Shown here one piece after another: positions 55,753 through 64,000 of a stretch of DNA of 64,000 bases. Each line of letters opens with the position of its first letter. Position 1 is the stretch's first letter. The DNA comes from Porphyridium purpureum (lineage: Eukaryota): NCBI GenBank assembly GCA_008690995.1, contig VRMN01000017.1, forward strand, positions 124,001 through 188,000, written 5' to 3'. The translations under genes and the position numbers were made by a program. Under the pieces are notes generated by a model. It was not told the DNA's origin. It saw nothing but the letters and a program-made list of their open reading frames with translations, and did not search any database.

Positions 55753-57741
55753 TCATTCTACTACGTCTGGACTAGCGGGCCTCAGTTCTTCTTCCGCTGG
55801 CCATAAGCGCAAGGTTTTCAAGTCGTCAGGATCATTGCCCAAGAACAGATCGGCGTTCGCCCTCCACCAGCTCTCCGCAGATTTCTGATCAGGAAAGCGG
55901 GACTTGCCGAACACTACTGCACGAATCGCACCAGAAAAGAATTTGGCATCCTGATCATGGGCCAGTGCGGGTCGAACATCAAAATAGACGCGTAATTTGC
56001 CGTTCATGTAGACATGGTGCGGAGATTCGGTGAAATGGGACGCCGAAAACTGCTTTTCCGGTTTTACACGCATCGCCCACCACTGACGCACGCCCAGTAA
56101 TCTCACAAAACAGGGTACTTCAACCTCTTGCCGCGATGAAGCCAGCACGGGGACGTCAGCCCGAGCAGAAGCATGGTCGTGTGATTGAAGATGCACCTTG
56201 GGAGCACCTGTTGAAGGAGCACTGGAAGCACCCGGTGCGGCGACCGCGCTAGCGACTGCCGACTTTCCAGATTCGGTTACTTGATTTTGCGCAGAGACAG
56301 CCGCATGTGTCCCGGACGGTGTTTGCACAGATGCAGGCGAAGCGGCTCTGACATCTGATGAGCGAAAGGCTTTCGCAGCGCCCGACGCGTCTGCACGAGG
56401 CGCATGACTTGCTGCACTTTGGTCTTCATCCGCTTGCACCGACCGAGCCAAATTGTCAATAAATACATCGTCTACAGTCGGCAGCACGGGGGGCTCAGAT
56501 GCACTCTGTGCTTGTGATGACCCGCGCGTGAAAGAGTGCAGGACGTTTCCGATCCCGAACACCGGTTGCTGCAGTAGGCTTCCGTGCTGCGTCTGCAAGA
56601 CTCGAAGCCGACTCGCCGCTGATTGTGGCAAGGGTGCCGGAGCTTCTAGTCTTGCAGCGGACTCCTGGTTTCGAATGTGTCCAGCTGCTGGTAACTTCTG
56701 GTCGACTCTCGTGGTGTTCGATTGCACCGGTTCCACCGCAACGGCTTTCGAAGCCAACGAATGAGCAGACGTGGCAGGAACTGCGTCAGAAGCCGACGTC
56801 TTGCTCTGGGGATCAGCTAAATAAGCCTCGGCTTCGACCAGTCCTCGTGCCAAACTGGCTGCGTCTGCTGTGTCCTCACCGGCGCTCTCGTCCTCGTGAG
56901 TCGGGCCGCTTCGAAGACCCACCACCTCGTCTCCGACCAGGTCCACTATGATCGGTTCCATGTGATGCGAGGCGTCCAAATCAGCGTGACGCGATCCAAC
57001 GGACAGATCATTGGTATCATGCTCGTGACCCGCGCTTCTGGTGGCCAGAATATCTCTCAAGGATGTGCCCAAAATTAGATCTGAGGCTTGCCCATCCTCC
57101 ATGCGCCGCAGGTCCGCACTGGATTCGGACTCAGACTTGAAAGAATCTTCAAGCAATTCCAGTCTGACGTTTCTGCGCGGCGTCAAATGCATGCTCCTTG
57201 GACTTCGTCCCGCGCGTGACCGACCATGCATCTGTCCGGGCGTGTCAGAAATTGGTGGGGACTGATGGGTCAGTAGTTTGCGTCGCTTGGGTGTCAACGC
57301 TACGGCAATGTCCTCCATCTTCACTTCAAAAGGCAAACTGCGCGCGCTTCGTGTGTGCGCGATCGCGCCTACACGCGAAGCATCATGAGAACCGATATCA
57401 TCCGAACCACACACGAGTTGAGTTCCTCCTCGCTTGCGGCCTGCAAGTCTAGAGGCACTGTTGCCGCCAAAGTCCCGTCGGCCCAACCGCCATACTCCCA
57501 GCTGGCCGTTCCACTCATCAATCAACGCTGAGCTGGTCGCATTGCTCAGTTGGAACGCAAAGTTCAATCCTAGCGGTCGCGCTTTCAAATCGCTGGCAGT
57601 GGCAAATGGAAAGCACGCACATGCCTCGTCTCTCAACGCCACCTTCTCTCGACGCAGCGCCGCCTTCTCTTTGATACGACACACGTGATCCTCGTCCGTA
57701 TCCGTTTCGGTCCGGTACGGATCCTCTGCGACGTCCGCCAT
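55753..57741 (-). CDS. Hypothetical protein, disordered middle, possibly PWWP-like C-terminal domain
   Basis: About 660-aa ORF with NLS-like TPKRRK; C-terminal globular part starts CFVRLLGVRQWWAMRV. Confidence 0.6.
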   Translation of the reverse strand: MADVAEDPYRTETDTDEDHVCRIKEKAALRREKVALRDEACACFPFATASDLKARPLGLNFAFQLSNATSSALIDEWNGQLGVWRLGRRDFGGNSASRLAGRKRGGTQLVCGSDDIGSHDASRVGAIAHTRSARSLPFEVKMEDIAVALTPKRRKLLTHQSPPISDTPGQMHGRSRAGRSPRSMHLTPRRNVRLELLEDSFKSESESSADLRRMEDGQASDLILGTSLRDILATRSAGHEHDTNDLSVGSRHADLDASHHMEPIIVDLVGDEVVGLRSGPTHEDESAGEDTADAASLARGLVEAEAYLADPQSKTSASDAVPATSAHSLASKAVAVEPVQSNTTRVDQKLPAAGHIRNQESAARLEAPAPLPQSAASRLRVLQTQHGSLLQQPVFGIGNVLHSFTRGSSQAQSASEPPVLPTVDDVFIDNLARSVQADEDQSAASHAPRADASGAAKAFRSSDVRAASPASVQTPSGTHAAVSAQNQVTESGKSAVASAVAAPGASSAPSTGAPKVHLQSHDHASARADVPVLASSRQEVEVPCFVRLLGVRQWWAMRVKPEKQFSASHFTESPHHVYMNGKLRVYFDVRPALAHDQDAKFFSGAIRAVVFGKSRFPDQKSAESWWRANADLFLGNDPDDLKTLRLWPAEEELRPASPDVVE

Positions 57742-57964
57742 CCTGCGTGTTCGCGCTCGTTGCACTCCCCGATGCGTCAGTGCTGGGCAAGATGCGGCCA
57801 GCAGCCGAGTCTCAAGTCAGCGAGAGTCTGCTGCTGCCACCACACTGTTCGAGCCGGCGCGCAAAGCAGCGATCACCATGCACCTCGCGCTAGAAAGACG
57901 AAGCAGTCGTTGCTGCTGCTTTGCGCGCGGAAAACGACGCCAGTCTGGCCGTCCAGAGTCTCTA

Positions 57965-58259
57965 CGTCCGATACAACACGTAGGAGCACGGCAACGTGCT
58001 CGTACTGATGTGAGGAGGGGAAGCGCTTGATGTTATCCCACAAGCGTAGCCACGCAGTGGACACCCACGCAATGGCTCCCGGTGCAGAAATCAAAGTTGC
58101 TCTTGGCAATACTTATAAACTTCTTTTATGCTATCCACTCCTGCCGTCCCTTCTCCAGTCGCTCGTCCGAGCCCCGCGAAAACAGGGGCTTAAATAAACG
58201 TATGCAGTCTACTGCGACTAGTGACATCTTCGGTGCGAGTGAACACTACAGTTGCAACA
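57965..58259 (-). repeat. 3' LTR (295 bp)
   Basis: Identical by eye to 62830-63124 except the terminal base (minus strand ends ...GACG instead of ...GACA). Confidence 0.95.
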
Positions 58260-58276
58260 CTCGCCCATCTTCTTTT
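58260..58276 (-). other. Polypurine tract
   Basis: Minus strand AAAAGAAGATGGGCGAG immediately before the TG of the 3' LTR. Confidence 0.85.
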
Positions 58277-61200
58277 CACGAGCAATCCGTGCTTGATGGT
58301 GCTTTGGAGAAGAAGATGCACTCGTTTGTATGATGGGACAGCGTTCCGTTTCTCATGACTTGGTCCCACAGAGGACAATGACGACGGTGTTTTGTTAGCG
58401 CGTCTGCTACATTTTGTGTGCCAGAGATGTGGTGAAGTCGCGCAATTGAAAGCACATCCACGCTTTGTCGAACCATTAACAGCCGAATCATCATTCGTTT
58501 CTCATCAAGAGTCGTACCGTGTGCGACTGCGTCGTATATTTGCTTTGAATCCGTATACAGATCGATATCGACTGCCACCCCGGTCCGAAGCAGGTCAGCA
58601 CGCAGCGCTTCTGCGAAATCCAATGCTGCACACAGCGCCAGCAATTCCGCGCCCATCACGGAGTAAACTGCGTGGCGAGTTTTCTTTGAGACTGCGTGCA
58701 AGAAATGTACTGTGTCCGTATGGTCGCCGAGGAAAACCACGTAGCCAATTTGAGACGAGTAATCGCGGTTCGACGCGAACGATGCGTCTGCGTACACTCT
58801 GAACTTGAGTTTCTGAATGTCAAGTGGCCTGTAAATTAGAGAATACGCGTTGTTGGTCAAGTGCAGCCGTTTCGTCACACTGAGAAGAGTCTTGGCTTGC
58901 GCTGAGTCGAACTGTGCATGTGTTACTTGAGACAACTTCGCAACGTGGTACAACAAATCTGGCCGCCCGTTGTTGGACACATATGCTACTCGTCCGCGGA
59001 GAGATCGGAAACTGTCAAAGTCAGTCGGCAATTTCACTCTGGAAAGATTCTTGCGCACGTAATCGAAAATCGAGATGCGGAAGCCGCCGCCGCCGCAACT
59101 GCTCACTTGCGCTCCGTTGAAATTAAAAGGTATGCCTTGGACGCCTTTGCTCTCGAATGTGTCCGTTGCGGCCCGTTCCGCATTTAAACATAGCTGATTG
59201 CCGAAAAAAATGGTGTCATCGACCAGTAGACCTAGAGCTCCCGAAAATTGCTCATCAGGCCGGTGGAACATTAGACATGAGTCCAGTGCAGTCGGAACGA
59301 AGCCTCTCGCTTTAAGGTGATTGCTGATGGTATGATACCAAAGCGTGCCTGATTCTCGTAAGCCGTAAAGGGCCTTTTCGAGCTTGGCGTGCAATGGCCA
59401 CTGTTGTCCTGTGATATCGGTGAGAATGTCCCTTGTCGAGTCGTCGAGCCGCAAGTACACGTTCCTGATTAAGGAGTATTCGCTTTGTATGTATGCTTGT
59501 GAAAAGTCACGATAATACAAAGGCTTGTTCATGGAACAGCAGAGTGAAACGACGGTCCGAAACGAACAGCGAGTCAAGACAGGCGAGTTGATCGAAGTCA
59601 AATGCGCCTCGCGGTCTGCAAAGCGATGCCCGCAGGCTACCAGTCTAGCTTTGTACGAGCCGTCCGCCTTCACGCGGTCGTCGAATCTGGCCTTGACGAT
59701 ATTGGCGTGGGCTGGCGGTGAACGACATGGAGAGAATGTTCCGCGGTTCACCAATCCTTGGAGCTCCCGGTATCGCGCGTCGTCGAATAGATGCGTCTCC
59801 TGCTCGTCTTGCTCCGTGTGATAGATGAATCGCGCGATAGTCTCACCCATCCGATAGACTTTTGTATTATGAATCGAAAACACTTGCTTTCTTGGACGCC
59901 CAGTGGTGGAAGGGATGACCACTGTCACATGGCTGCCGTCCAACCTTTCACAAGTGTACGGTCCGGTGTACTCATAAGACGCATCTCTGCGTACCAGAAC
60001 GCCAATGCCTGGAACGATGGCGTCGCTGTCGCGAGGGTACTCTGGCGCTCGTGAACGGCGCGCTCGTGTGAGGCGCTCACGAGAAACGGATATCTCGTAC
60101 TCCTTGCGAGCCAAAAGCATGGCCTTGATTCGATATTCTTGATCGTTTCTGGAGTCGTGCTGCGCGACTTCCGGTCGTAGGGCCATGCGCGGAACCGTAC
60201 CAAAAACCAGGAGAGACGGTATCGTGCCGTCGGGTCCGGCGGTGCAATTCATAGCGCGGGTAACGATGGCGAGCCGGTCGTTTACGCTTAGTCTTTCCGT
60301 TTCGCCACTTATCTTCAAGTAAATCTTTCGCACCGTCTCATGACTGCGTTCGACGGAGCCTAAAGTCCAGTGTGCTTCCACCGGGACTGCATCAACGACA
60401 GTTCCTTCGTTACCAAGCATCCGTTCGAGATCTTCCGACACCAGTACGCGTTCCCGATCGAGTCGAATGCGGTGCGGTGCTCCGAAATACGTAATCCACG
60501 TTGTGAAGATGGTTGAGTAGATGTTTTGAGCCGTTGCACCGTCGCACTGGGCCGCTACGCTCCAGCCCGTGCCATCGCAGCGCAGGTGCATGATCTTTAT
60601 CGAGCCACTTCCCTCTCTGTCATTTGGAATAAACAGAAAATCGAGTGATATCGCGTGGTTGAACGTGACTTCGACATCCGCGGATGCTTTGTAAGTTGTC
60701 CGTCGTCCTGCATACCACTGGCAGGTGGGACAGTCGCGTATGCGCGTAGTCAGTCGCTCGAGCTCGTCATGGCCAAGTGGTTCGTCGTTCAACCGCAGAA
60801 TTTTCGCTATGTTCCTTGCACTGGTGTGTCCAAATCGACGATGTAGAGTCATGAGCTCGTCTATTGTATACAGCAACGAATTTGGTTCCGAAAGACAACT
60901 TGGATCGGAATCTTGTTGGTGCATGCAGAGAAAGTCGACAGCAAGGTGTCCAGACATCATCTTGTAGAGTGGGATAGCGAATCCTGGGCCGGTCAGGCGC
61001 GGAGGGCGTGGACGTCGAATGAGGTTCATATGGTGGCGCTCTTGCACGTCATTGCCGAGCAGGATAGGTATTTTTCCTGAAACCACGAACACGTTAAACG
61101 ACAGGAACGCTTCACTTCCGACGGGGACACGTACTTCTCCTTGTCCAAGAACGGTGAGTGCCGTTCCCCAAACAACCTTTGGTGGTTTGTGCACCTCACG

Positions 61201-61356
61201 AAGCGCGCCGCTTTTCCCACATGCATGGCAGTACGACGCGTACGCTTCGACTCCCGCTAAAGAATAAGGGGAGCCCGGGTCTACGACTACAGCACCCCAG
61301 CCGGGAAGGCGTGGCATGTGGCCTGTTATCGTGTACACGTCGCACGCCTGTGCGAG
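58276..61356 (-). CDS. pol: Copia pol (protease-integrase-RT-RNase H), in frame with gag after a UGA
   Basis: PR VVVDPGS; IN LHRRFGH...CPTC, SLDF, RLDRE, VERSH; RT KARLVACG, DFSQAYIQ, KALYGLRESG, LVDD; RH YADASFA, AELLA, YTDS, NVADALTK. Confidence 0.95.
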   Translation of the reverse strand, partial: LAQACDVYTITGHMPRLPGWGAVVVDPGSPYSLAGVEAYASYCHACGKSGALREVHKPPKVVWGTALTVLGQGEVRVPVGSEAFLSFNVFVVSGKIPILLGNDVQERHHMNLIRRPRPPRLTGPGFAIPLYKMMSGHLAVDFLCMHQQDSDPSCLSEPNSLLYTIDELMTLHRRFGHTSARNIAKILRLNDEPLGHDELERLTTRIRDCPTCQWYAGRRTTYKASADVEVTFNHAISLDFLFIPNDREGSGSIKIMHLRCDGTGWSVAAQCDGATAQNIYSTIFTTWITYFGAPHRIRLDRERVLVSEDLERMLGNEGTVVDAVPVEAHWTLGSVERSHETVRKIYLKISGETERLSVNDRLAIVTRAMNCTAGPDGTIPSLLVFGTVPRMALRPEVAQHDSRNDQEYRIKAMLLARKEYEISVSRERLTRARRSRAPEYPRDSDAIVPGIGVLVRRDASYEYTGPYTCERLDGSHVTVVIPSTTGRPRKQVFSIHNTKVYRMGETIARFIYHTEQDEQETHLFDDARYRELQGLVNRGTFSPCRSPPAHANIVKARFDDRVKADGSYKARLVACGHRFADREAHLTSINSPVLTRCSFRTVVSLCCSMNKPLYYRDFSQAYIQSEYSLIRNVYLRLDDSTRDILTDITGQQWPLHAKLEKALYGLRESGTLWYHTISNHLKARGFVPTALDSCLMFHRPDEQFSGALGLLVDDTIFFGNQLCLNAERAATDTFESKGVQGIPFNFNGAQVSSCGGGGFRISIFDYVRKNLSRVKLPTDFDSFRSLRGRVAYVSNNGRPDLLYHVAKLSQVTHAQFDSAQAKTLLSVTKRLHLTNNAYSLIYRPLDIQKLKFRVYADASFASNRDYSSQIGYVVFLGDHTDTVHFLHAVSKKTRHAVYSVMGAELLALCAALDFAEALRADLLRTGVAVDIDLYTDSKQIYDAVAHGTTLDEKRMMIRLLMVRQSVDVLSIARLHHISGTQNVADALTKHRRHCPLWDQVMRNGTLSHHTNECIFFSKAPSSTDCS

Positions 61357-62790
61357 TCACTCGGCGCCAGCTTGATTGTCGGATTGTATCAGTGGCACGT
61401 GCTCATGCTCGGAGTCTTCGTCGTCGTTCACGAAGTCTTCCGCTGCGCTCTGCGATGGCCAATGTTCTGTTTCGACCAGATTCACATTTGTGTCAGCGCT
61501 AATCGCGCACTGCGATGCAATGTGCCCGTCCCGTCCACATCGGAAGCACCTCACACGACGGGCCTGATTTGTCGCAGACGGCGCTCCGCCTCTGCCAGCA
61601 GAGCTTCCGTACCGCCTGACCTCGCTTTGGCCAGATTGCCCTAGGCGCCGCGCCGGTCCGCCTGGTGCGCGCTGGAACAGGAGGGAGGACGAGCCGCGAG
61701 GCGCCTCCTTGTCTTGAGCGCTCAGGAAGTTGCGAACAGATTGCAACAGCTCGTTCCCACTCAGGTGCATGAAGGATCGCGCCATTTCGGTGTGGTACCC
61801 GCCGTCCGACATGGCACCGAGCACGTAAGTTGCCACAGACCACTGGTTATTGTGGTCTGGGCCCGCTGACGCCGCGTCTGCACTGATCTGTGCGGTGAGC
61901 CGGTCGAATGCCTCCACCCGAGGAAGGTCGTCACGCAGATAGTGCTGAAAATTAGCACCGCGGAGGCGAAACAGCGCAAGACGACTGGTCAATTCGACGC
62001 GGAATTCTTTGGACATAGCATCCAAAATTTCGATGAATTTTGTCCTTGGATGCCTTTTCACGAACTCAGATGCCTGCCCGGCCAACGTTAGGGGCAAAAT
62101 GAGGCGGATATCGGAGTCTGACAGTGAATAAACGTGCTTAACTTCGAGAAGTTTGTCTCGCCAAACACGGAAGGGTACCTGCGCTTCGTCTCCCGAGTAC
62201 ACGTGTTTCTCCAGTGCCTTGAGCACTCCACCGATCACGGCCGGGGGCACTGTTGCAGACGAGGACGCGGGTGCCTGACGAGAAGAGTGGGCACCATGGT
62301 CTTCGCGTGGGGCGTAAATCGCGAAGTTTTCAGGGAGCGGGATGTTCGAGTCGAACACATCCCGTTGGACGGCGTACCTGGCAAACTGCATCGTTACGAA
62401 CGGCCCGGCGGCACGCAAAGTTTCCAAAGTGACAATCTGATCGATAATCACCGACGCAAACTCATCCCGGGTGAGGTAGTCGCACGAGCGAAGAAGCCGG
62501 TCCCAGTCCGGGTTTTCGGTTCTAATCGCTAGCCACGGATACTCGCCCGTCTCGTCGTCCTCGATGTCGACATACTTGCGAGGCTGCTGCCCGGCCACTT
62601 GAAAAGTACCGGGGGCTCCCGATAGACGCGGGCTACTGCTCGTAGTGTGGTCCCCGCCCGTCGATGGCGCGCCGACTGGGTTGGCCGGGTCACTCGAAGT
62701 GGGCGACGGGGAATCTCCAACGCGGCCGGGAGCACGCGATGCTCCACCGGCCGCTGCGCCGGAGCGCGTCCTTGGTCTATCCCTTGTCAT
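61357..62790 (-). CDS. gag: Copia gag
   Basis: 477-aa ORF starting 39 nt after the 5' LTR; YSGDE...FRVWRDK; zinc knuckle CFRCGRDGHIASQC. Confidence 0.9.
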   Translation of the reverse strand: MTRDRPRTRSGAAAGGASRAPGRVGDSPSPTSSDPANPVGAPSTGGDHTTSSSPRLSGAPGTFQVAGQQPRKYVDIEDDETGEYPWLAIRTENPDWDRLLRSCDYLTRDEFASVIIDQIVTLETLRAAGPFVTMQFARYAVQRDVFDSNIPLPENFAIYAPREDHGAHSSRQAPASSSATVPPAVIGGVLKALEKHVYSGDEAQVPFRVWRDKLLEVKHVYSLSDSDIRLILPLTLAGQASEFVKRHPRTKFIEILDAMSKEFRVELTSRLALFRLRGANFQHYLRDDLPRVEAFDRLTAQISADAASAGPDHNNQWSVATYVLGAMSDGGYHTEMARSFMHLSGNELLQSVRNFLSAQDKEAPRGSSSLLFQRAPGGPARRLGQSGQSEVRRYGSSAGRGGAPSATNQARRVRCFRCGRDGHIASQCAISADTNVNLVETEHWPSQSAAEDFVNDDEDSEHEHVPLIQSDNQAGAE

Positions 62791-62829
62791 CCTTTGTTCG
62801 AGTCAGATATGTGTATCCTGATTTCGAAA

Positions 62830-63124
62830 TGTCCGATACAACACGTAGGAGCACGGCAACGTGCTCGTACTGATGTGAGGAGGGGAAGCGCTTGATGTTA
62901 TCCCACAAGCGTAGCCACGCAGTGGACACCCACGCAATGGCTCCCGGTGCAGAAATCAAAGTTGCTCTTGGCAATACTTATAAACTTCTTTTATGCTATC
63001 CACTCCTGCCGTCCCTTCTCCAGTCGCTCGTCCGAGCCCCGCGAAAACAGGGGCTTAAATAAACGTATGCAGTCTACTGCGACTAGTGACATCTTCGGTG
63101 CGAGTGAACACTACAGTTGCAACA
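62830..63124 (-). repeat. 5' LTR (295 bp), TG...CA
   Basis: Minus strand TGTTGCAAC...TCGGACA; TATA-like TTTATAA at 62984-62978. Confidence 0.95.
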
Positions 63125-63749
63125 CTCTATCTGTCGAAGCCGCAGGGTCTCACGGTAGAAGCGTATCCCAGCTGACGCCGCCACGTGCCTTTTGAGACGG
63201 AATGATGCTCGAACATCTGCTTGTCCTCGCACCTGGACCAATGCCCCCTTGTGCGAGCGTGCTGCAGGCCGGTAGCGTGTGCGCCCGCAGCCGCTTGGTG
63301 TGAAAAGGCAGCGCAATCGGTCGCCAGCCTGGGGAGAGCACAGACAATGAGATCCAGAAATAAGATTAGCGTTAAAGAAGTGCAGGAGTTCGAGATGCCA
63401 AATGGAGAAAATAGTAGGAGTCGTTTCACCCAGCCGCTGAAGCATATCCGGCTTTTCTGCCTGCCTGCGTAGTCCAATTCACGTTCTCCTCCCTGCTCGC
63501 TCCGGCGCATCGACTTGGCATACGTGCGCACGAATTGCGTGGCAAACCGAGTCTGCTAGCCCGGCGTTGCAGGCAGGCGCGGGCCACTTGGAAACCGCAC
63601 TTCATCATCAAAGCCATGCGCATATATTTACTTTGAATTCTGGGCTGCTGACAAGAAAAGAGACCGCAACTCAACAGCCTTCACGACAGCTCACTCGCAA
63701 AGAGCTCTTCATCCCCTCACATCGACATGCAGCCGACAGTCCTGCGCGC

Positions 63750-64000
63750 TCAAGCGCAAGTCAACATCCTACAATCAAGAGAAAACCCGCACAGCAGCGC
63801 AGAATTATCACTGAAAGTGTCGCAAGAGTTCAGGTTTCCTACACTCCAACAAGAGAGGTCCTGGCCAAAAGCTCGAGCGTTCCTAAACAAAGAGCCCATG
63901 TCTGTCACACTGCTGACGTCCCAACCAGAAATATCCTGGTTGAACGCGGCGGCGCTCCGAAACATGGCATACATGTCTGTCACACCGCTGACGTCCCAAC
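63750..64000 (-). CDS. DUF285/BspA-type 25-aa repeat protein, C-terminal fragment
   Basis: WDVSGVTDMYAMFRSAAAFNQDISGWDVSSVTDMGSLFRNARAFGQDLSCW; ORF continues beyond right edge. Confidence 0.88.
   Translation of the reverse strand, partial: WDVSGVTDMYAMFRSAAAFNQDISGWDVSSVTDMGSLFRNARAFGQDLSCWSVGNLNSCDTFSDNSALLCGFSLDCRMLTCA

Larger units (their letters stand above)
57965..63124 (-). mobile_element. Full-length Ty1/Copia LTR retrotransposon (5160 bp)
   Basis: Two 295-bp LTRs, 5-bp TSD CTCTA (57960-57964 and 63125-63129), gag with CCHC knuckle, pol in PR-IN-RT-RH order, PPT. Confidence 0.97.

Overview
A gene-dense, GC-rich eukaryotic nuclear window with no intron required by any confident gene model. 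Several 'MAFV'-type plastid transit peptides, an intronless eL19 and a starch-binding CBM20 protein point to a unicellular red alga (Porphyridium-like; inference). About 23 host genes are visible: a KNL1/Spc105-like fragment at the left edge (missed by the ORF track), Ies2/INO80B-like, rhomboid, citrate synthase, FAD4, a BED-like zinc-finger protein, a GRAM + 2xVASt lipid-transfer protein, RPN2/Swp1, mitochondrial bL27, eL19, a giant coiled-coil + CBM20 protein, an acyl-CoA/ACP synthetase, an HCF107-like HAT/TPR protein, a TM-MORN-hydrolase, prefoldin 3, an alpha/beta hydrolase, a DUF2834-like membrane protein, YIPF, Tag glycosylase, an aldose epimerase, a tandem-BRK protein, a PHD-Rad7 protein and a DUF285 fragment. 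The highlight is an intact, very young Ty1/Copia LTR retrotransposon (57965-63124, minus strand; 295-bp LTRs, CTCTA target-site duplication). Its gag and pol lie in the SAME frame, separated by one UGA-C followed by a hairpin (candidate stop-codon readthrough). It has no canonical tRNA 3'-end primer-binding site, so either half-tRNA priming or self-priming is possible. Also notable: a recurrent, mostly transcription-oriented GTACAGT upstream motif, a multi-hairpin structured element at about 11.0-11.3 kb, and three apparent frame disruptions (FAD4, the zinc-finger gene, and a perfect 136-bp duplication in bL27). All family assignments are from motif recognition by eye, not database searches.
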